Assembly (NCBI GenBank): GCA_030840105.1
Contig: JAUZGC010000259.1
Location: forward strand, 1-37,269
Length of the DNA: 37,269 bases
Reading direction: 5' to 3'
DNA from: Microbacteriaceae bacterium
GTDB taxonomy: Bacteria; Actinomycetota; Actinomycetes; Actinomycetales; Microbacteriaceae
Part shown: piece by piece, positions 32,676 through 37,269 of the stretch
Layout of the letters: the number at the start of each line of letters is the position of its first letter
Numbering within the stretch: position 1 is the first letter of the stretch
Made by a program: the position numbers and the translations under genes
The notes under the pieces: model-generated
Told to the model about the DNA's origin: nothing
Database searches by the model: none
The model's input: only the letters and a program-made list of their open reading frames with translations

Positions 32676-34736
32676 TCACCACGCGGATGGTGCCGGTGGC
32701 ACCACGACCGGCGGGCGGTCATCACATGTGATGGTGTTAGGCAGCTCCCACGCGGCGAACCAGGGTCCGGTCGTCCCTCCCCCGTCGTTACCGCCGAGAT
32801 CGATCAGCGAGAACTCCGACCCGGCAGGCGTGAAGTGGAATGTTCCACAGTTATTGACCCCGACCGCGCCGACGTTGCGAGCATCCACATTCTGGAAGGT
32901 CGCGTTACCGGCGGCACGGGCACTGACGACCGAGGTACCCGTGCCGTCGACCTTCACGTCCGCGAAGTGGAGGTTGGTGATCGAGTACAGGTCCTTCACT
33001 GGCCAGTCGGCCACCAGCATGATCGCGTTATAGGTGTTGTCGAGGAAGTTGTCTCCGACCACCTGGATGTCGGCATCGATGTTCTTCTCGAGCGCATAGA
33101 ACCAGATGGCGCCGAGACCGATATTCCAGTTCAACTCGTACGTGCCGGCGCGCACCGTGGTGTTGTTCGTAATCCACAGGTGCCCGGTAAACTGCTCAGC
33201 GCCGAAGCGGGATCCGACCTGGATGGCGCTTCCCTCGCGGATCGGATCGGCGATCAAGTTATTCGACACCGTGTTGTCCGTGCCGCCGTAGATCGCTATG
33301 CCGTTGGCGAGGACCGGGGTCTGCACCGTGTTGTGGTCGAAGGTGTTCCCGACGTCCGCGATCTTCTCCGACCACATCGCGAGACCATCGTCACCGGAGT
33401 TGCGAATGAAGTTGTTGGACACGACCGAGTTGGTCACACCGGTGTGGAAGTTGAGGCCATCGGCGATCTGGTCGACGATCACGTTGTTCGTGATCGACAG
33501 GTTCGTCATCGGCCCGTCGAACCACATCCCGACTTTGGTGTGCTGAATATAGAGGCCTTCGATGGTCGAGTTGCTCAGCGCACCGCCGATGCCGTTCACC
33601 TGGTCGGTGTCGATGCGCTCCCGGACGTCTCCTTCGATCGCGAACCCGGAGAGATGCACGTTGGTGCTCCCGCCGAGTGACGCATCCTTTCCGTAGAATC
33701 CGACCCCCGTGTGCACCGAGCCGTCGGGCGCTGGCGTGCTCAGCGTGACCTCGTGACCCGTGATGATCGTGTACCAGTTACCTGCACCCTCGATCGTGAC
33801 GTTGTCGACGAGGATGTGACGGTTCACCTGGTAGGTCCCCTGCGGAACGTAGACCGTGAGGTTCTTTGCCTTCGCGTAGGCGATCGCCTTGTCGAAGGCG
33901 TTGGCTGAATCGCGCTTACCCGATGGATCCGCGCCGAATTCCAGCACATTAGCCGCCTTCTTGACGACATGCGGCGCGGCGACGAGCTCTGAGTCGAGCA
34001 GGTCGACCGTCGTCGTGGCCGCACCCTTCGCCGGCACGGTGAGTCGCACCGTGTCACCCGCCTGATACGTCTTGCCGAGCAACAGGCGCTGCTCGTCGTA
34101 GAAATGGTTGGGTCGGAACGGCGTCGCGACTGTCGGGGTGGGTGTCGTCGCCGCGGGAACACAGCCGCACTCAGTGATCCACCAGTCCGGATGCAGGAGG
34201 CCCGCGTTGGGATCATTCGAGAAGGGGTACTGGTTGTACAGCCACGAGTACTGCGAGGTGAGGGTCATGGTCTTTCGCGCCCCGCCATTGACGGTCACGG
34301 CGAGCGGCGAGGTAATACCGCCGCCGTTCGAAGCGTCGGGGATGCTGTAGCGCACGGTGATCGCGTTGGCGGCGCTCGGGAGCGTGAACTCCACGTACTG
34401 CCCCGCCGTGAGCGTCACTGCCGAGCGGCCAGAGGCCTCGGCCGGCAGAGTGTATGCGGTGCGGCTGGGGCCGATGATCGTGCCGTTCGTGGCCGCTTTC
34501 TCCGCCTCCTGTTCGCTGAAAGCGACGGTGGCGCCGCGGCCGGCGACCAGCGATGGGTCGAGCGCGGCGCGAGTTACGACGGGACTAGGGGTGGTTGGCG
34601 ATCCAGGAGAGGCATTGGCCGGCCCGGCACCAGCGACCATGACGCCGATCGCGACCGCGAAGGCCGTCGATACGACCCCCAGCCGGGTTCCGAGAGTGTG
34701 CCACGTCGTTGCAGTGAGGGGGATTTTCCGTGTCAT
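32676..34736 (-). CDS. Secreted carbohydrate-active enzyme: CBM6/35-like N-terminal module plus right-handed parallel beta-helix catalytic domain, most like GH87 alpha-1,3-glucanase/mycodextranase
   Basis: Signal peptide ..AVAIGVMVAGAGPANA|SPG. The beta-sandwich-like segment reads EAEKAATNG..AVTLTAGQYVEFTLPSAANAITVRYSIPD..LAVTVNG. Repeated PbH1-type turns follow (NVTIEG, STIEGLYI, ITNNVIVD, VSNNFIRNSGDDG, VSNNLIAD, ITNNTT). The family assignment is from memory, not a search. Confidence 0.5.
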   Translation of the reverse strand: MTRKIPLTATTWHTLGTRLGVVSTAFAVAIGVMVAGAGPANASPGSPTTPSPVVTRAALDPSLVAGRGATVAFSEQEAEKAATNGTIIGPSRTAYTLPAEASGRSAVTLTAGQYVEFTLPSAANAITVRYSIPDASNGGGITSPLAVTVNGGARKTMTLTSQYSWLYNQYPFSNDPNAGLLHPDWWITECGCVPAATTPTPTVATPFRPNHFYDEQRLLLGKTYQAGDTVRLTVPAKGAATTTVDLLDSELVAAPHVVKKAANVLEFGADPSGKRDSANAFDKAIAYAKAKNLTVYVPQGTYQVNRHILVDNVTIEGAGNWYTIITGHEVTLSTPAPDGSVHTGVGFYGKDASLGGSTNVHLSGFAIEGDVRERIDTDQVNGIGGALSNSTIEGLYIQHTKVGMWFDGPMTNLSITNNVIVDQIADGLNFHTGVTNSVVSNNFIRNSGDDGLAMWSEKIADVGNTFDHNTVQTPVLANGIAIYGGTDNTVSNNLIADPIREGSAIQVGSRFGAEQFTGHLWITNNTTVRAGTYELNWNIGLGAIWFYALEKNIDADIQVVGDNFLDNTYNAIMLVADWPVKDLYSITNLHFADVKVDGTGTSVVSARAAGNATFQNVDARNVGAVGVNNCGTFHFTPAGSEFSLIDLGGNDGGGTTGPWFAAWELPNTITCDDRPPVVVPPAPSAW

Positions 34737-34875
34737 CGTTGACTCGATTTCTCTTGAGAAGCGGATGCGCTCGGTTGCCCTGGGCAGCGCGGACAGCCGA
34801 CGTGACGCGACCCTATGGCTTTGCTCAGCCGATCCACAAGGCCCTGAGAGGAAATATCACCTTATTGGCAAGTTT

Positions 34876-34893
34876 TTGCGTAGATTCACGCAA
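34876..34893. promoter_or_regulatory. Palindrome TTGCGT-N6-ACGCAA upstream of the FAD dehydrogenase gene; candidate operator
   Basis: TTGCGTAGATTCACGCAA, read directly, 66 nt upstream of ATG 34959. A further TTGCG half-site lies at 34907-34911. Confidence 0.35.
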
Positions 34894-34958
34894 GACCTGG
34901 CGAGGCTTGCGCGAATGCACGTATCGTGAACCAACCACGAGTGACAAGGAAGCCACCC

Positions 34959-36620
34959 ATGCCCGTTGCCGCAGACGCCATCATCGTCGGATCCGGGCTC
35001 GCCGGGCTGGTCGCCGCCGCCGAAATCATCGACGCGGGCAAGCGGGTACTGATCCTCGAGCAAGAGCCAGGGACCAACCTCGGCGGGCAGGCCTGGTGGT
35101 CATTCGGTGGCATCTTCCTCGTGGATTCGCCCGAGCAGCACAGGATGGGAATCACGGATTCCATCGACCTCGCCCGTCAGGACTGGTTCGGTACGGCCGG
35201 CTTCGACCGGGACGAGGATGCCTGGCCGCGACGGTGGGCGGAGGCGTACGTGCAATTCGCCGCCACGGAGAAGCGGGCGTGGCTGCGTGAGCGCGGCATC
35301 CGATTCTTTCCCGTCGTCGGCTGGGCCGAGCGCGGTGGCTACGGGGCGATCGGCCACGGCAACTCCGTCCCCCGCTTTCACATCACGTGGGGAACCGGTC
35401 CGGGCGTCGTGCAGCCATTCATCGACCGGGTGCAGGCGGGAGTTGCCAGCGGGCTCGCCGAGCTGCGCTTTCGCCATCGCGTTGATGAGTTGATCGTCGA
35501 AGGCGGCGCGGTCGTCGGCGTACGTGGGGCACGGCTTGCGCCCGACTCAGCGCCCCGCGGAGTCGCCTCGAACCGCGATGTCGTCGACGACTTCGAACTG
35601 CGCGCGCCCGCCGTGGTCGTGGCGAGCGGCGGCATCGGCGGCAACCATGACCTGGTGCGTGAGTACTGGCCGAGGCGGATGGGCACTCCCCCGAAGAACA
35701 TGCTGAGCGGCGTGCCGGCCCACGTCGACGGACGGATGCTCGCGATCACCGAAGCCGCCGGCGCGAGGCTGATCAACCGAGATCGAATGTGGCACTACGT
35801 CGAAGGCATCCAGAACTATGATCCGGTCTGGGCCAGGCACGGCATCCGGATCCTGCCGGGCCCGTCGTCGCTGTGGTTCGACGCGACGGGCAAGCGCCTG
35901 CCGGCGCCACTGTTTCCCGGATTCGACACCCTCGGAACGCTCGAGCACATCGTGGCAACCGGGTACGACCACACCTGGTTCGTGCTGACCCAGAAGATCA
36001 TCGAGAAGGAGTTCGCACTCTCCGGCAGCGAGCAGAACCCCGATCTGACCAACAGAGACCTGCGACTCCTCGCCCGGCGCATCGGCAAGGGAGCCCCTGG
36101 ACCAGTCGAAGACTTCAAGCGGAAGGGTGCCGACTTCGTCGTCGGTGCCACCCTGGACGAAGTGCTCGACGGGATGCACGCGCTGTCCGCGGATGCTCCG
36201 CTCGATCTCGAGAACATCCGCGCCGAAATCGTGGCCCGCGACCGCGAGCTGGCGAATCCGTTCTCCAAGGATGCGCAGCTCAACGCGCTCCGGCAGGCCC
36301 GCCGGTATCGCGGGGACAAGCTCATCCGCGTCGCGAAGCCGCATCGCATCCTGGACCCGGCATCCGGGCCGATCATCGCCGTCAAGCTGCATATCGTCAC
36401 CCGCAAGAGCCTCGGCGGCATCCAGACGGATCTGTCGGCACGCGCCCTCGGCGCCGACGGCGAACCGATCCCTGGCCTCTATGCCGCGGGCGAGGCCACC
36501 GGCTTCGGCGGCGGGGGCATGCACGGATATCGGTCGCTCGAAGGCACGTTCCTGGGCGGATGCCTGTTCAGCGGAAGAGCGGCCGGCCGCGCTGTCGCCC
36601 GCGGCGCGACCAATCCGTGA
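34959..36620 (+). CDS. FAD-binding dehydrogenase (COG3573-like, fumarate-reductase/KstD flavoprotein fold)
   Basis: ORF 34926..36620 trimmed to ATG 34959 (AAGGAAG RBS). DAIIVGSGLAGLVAAAE dinucleotide fold, ILEQE, GGQAWWSFGG and C-terminal GLYAAGEATGFGGGGMHGY. Confidence 0.7.
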   Translation: MPVAADAIIVGSGLAGLVAAAEIIDAGKRVLILEQEPGTNLGGQAWWSFGGIFLVDSPEQHRMGITDSIDLARQDWFGTAGFDRDEDAWPRRWAEAYVQFAATEKRAWLRERGIRFFPVVGWAERGGYGAIGHGNSVPRFHITWGTGPGVVQPFIDRVQAGVASGLAELRFRHRVDELIVEGGAVVGVRGARLAPDSAPRGVASNRDVVDDFELRAPAVVVASGGIGGNHDLVREYWPRRMGTPPKNMLSGVPAHVDGRMLAITEAAGARLINRDRMWHYVEGIQNYDPVWARHGIRILPGPSSLWFDATGKRLPAPLFPGFDTLGTLEHIVATGYDHTWFVLTQKIIEKEFALSGSEQNPDLTNRDLRLLARRIGKGAPGPVEDFKRKGADFVVGATLDEVLDGMHALSADAPLDLENIRAEIVARDRELANPFSKDAQLNALRQARRYRGDKLIRVAKPHRILDPASGPIIAVKLHIVTRKSLGGIQTDLSARALGADGEPIPGLYAAGEATGFGGGGMHGYRSLEGTFLGGCLFSGRAAGRAVARGATNP

Positions 36621-36621
36621 G

Positions 36622-37269
36622 CTATTCGTTTGCTTCGTGCGACTTCAGATGCTCAAGTAACGCCAGTGCGAGCGAGCTGTCCAGCACGAGGACGGTAACG
36701 AGATTGGCCTTGATCGCAGCCAGTACGGCATCCAGCCGTCCTGCCCCGCGAGCGACGGCGATGATCTCGGTTGCCCTGGCAAGCTGATCAAGCGTGGCTC
36801 CGATCGTTCTGTCGTCCAGATCGGTGTGCACGGCGGTGCCGTCAGAACCGACGAGTCGTCCAGAGATCTCGGCCACGGCGCCTGCGGCCGTACCGGTGTC
36901 CCGATCGCGTTGAGAGACTTTGTCCCACACGGTCGACTCGCCCTCTTTCCAGGCGCCGATCGCGACGACCGCCAGATCGAGTTCGTCAGCCATCGACAGT
37001 GCGTCGGCGATCTCCGACTGGCGCATCAGGTCACGTGCGGTGGCCGGCTCATCCACCACGAGAGGGGCGGAAATCGGATACGTGTGGATGTCCGGATGTT
37101 CGCCAAGATGAGCCATCATCCGCGGAATGAGCCCAGGACCATAACCCCCTAACGAACCGGCGAGTTGCACGATGTTACAGGCGGGCAAGTCCGGGATGAA
37201 GCGGGCTGCGGCGTCCAGTGCCCGCGACCATGCGATCCCGATCGTCATCCGCGGCCTCACCAACCCCTT
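36622..37269 (-). CDS. SorC/DeoR-type sugar-binding transcriptional regulator, sugar-binding domain only (N-terminal HTH lies beyond the window end)
   Basis: The frame is open to 37269. IGIAWSRAL, VQLAGSL, DLAVVAIGAW, GAVAEISGRL and ARGAGRLDAVLAAIKANLVTVLVLDSSLALALL match the SorC sugar-binding domain pattern. Confidence 0.7.
   Translation of the reverse strand, partial: KGLVRPRMTIGIAWSRALDAAARFIPDLPACNIVQLAGSLGGYGPGLIPRMMAHLGEHPDIHTYPISAPLVVDEPATARDLMRQSEIADALSMADELDLAVVAIGAWKEGESTVWDKVSQRDRDTGTAAGAVAEISGRLVGSDGTAVHTDLDDRTIGATLDQLARATEIIAVARGAGRLDAVLAAIKANLVTVLVLDSSLALALLEHLKSHEANE

Noticed and set aside
1-37269. Mobile elements, CRISPR arrays, defence systems, toxin-antitoxin pairs and secondary-metabolite core enzymes
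   Set aside because: I looked for transposase, integrase and recombinase motifs, for repeat-spacer periodicity, and for nuclease, helicase, NTPase, PKS or NRPS signatures in all frames, and found none. The window is metabolic and transport in character.

Overview
This is a GC-rich, actinobacterial-looking chromosomal segment with GC3-biased codons, many ATGA start/stop overlaps and long antisense shadow ORFs. I call 35 protein-coding genes, two of which are interrupted by in-frame amber codons. I see no rRNA, tRNA, CRISPR array, transposase or integrase. All product calls come from motifs I recognise in the translations; no database search was possible.

Positions 1-30156 hold 29 consecutive minus-strand genes, many of them translationally coupled, in two thematic blocks.

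(A) 1-8689: APC permease, isochorismatase-like hydrolase, SDR, glutamine-synthetase-like ligase, amidohydrolase_2, SDR, YafJ/EgtC-type class II amidotransferase, GntR/FCD regulator and a family III CoA-transferase. This looks like a gamma-glutamylation type catabolic operon with an unknown substrate.

(B) 8855-30156: a Dpp/Opp-type peptide ABC importer (lipoprotein SBP, two permeases, two ATPases) fused to a dense set of peptide- and amide-bond hydrolases. These are an amidase-signature amidase, an M55 D-aminopeptidase, an isoaspartyl peptidase, DUF885, an S33-like alpha/beta hydrolase, a creatininase-family enzyme, M20 and M19 dipeptidases and a type I asparaginase. The block also carries an orphan 3-methylaspartate ammonia-lyase, a ketopantoate-reductase-family enzyme, an SDR, a GNAT, a threonine-synthase-like PLP enzyme and an embedded RpiR/SIS regulator.

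The right end (30.4-37.3 kb) is ordinary mixed-orientation content: a secreted metallophosphoesterase, a MarR-DoxX divergent pair, a secreted beta-helix glycosidase (GH87-like), an FAD dehydrogenase and a partial SorC regulator.

Most notable observations:
- Two conserved genes in the big array (dppF-like ATPase, ansA-like asparaginase) each carry a single in-frame TAG.
- A ~48-nt cis element is duplicated upstream of the SBP gene and of the permease genes.
- A split FluG/NodGS-type GS-like plus amidohydrolase pair sits next to a gamma-glutamyl-hydrolase-type Ntn amidotransferase.
- A methylaspartate ammonia-lyase has no glutamate mutase partner and sits among isopeptide and D-peptide hydrolases.
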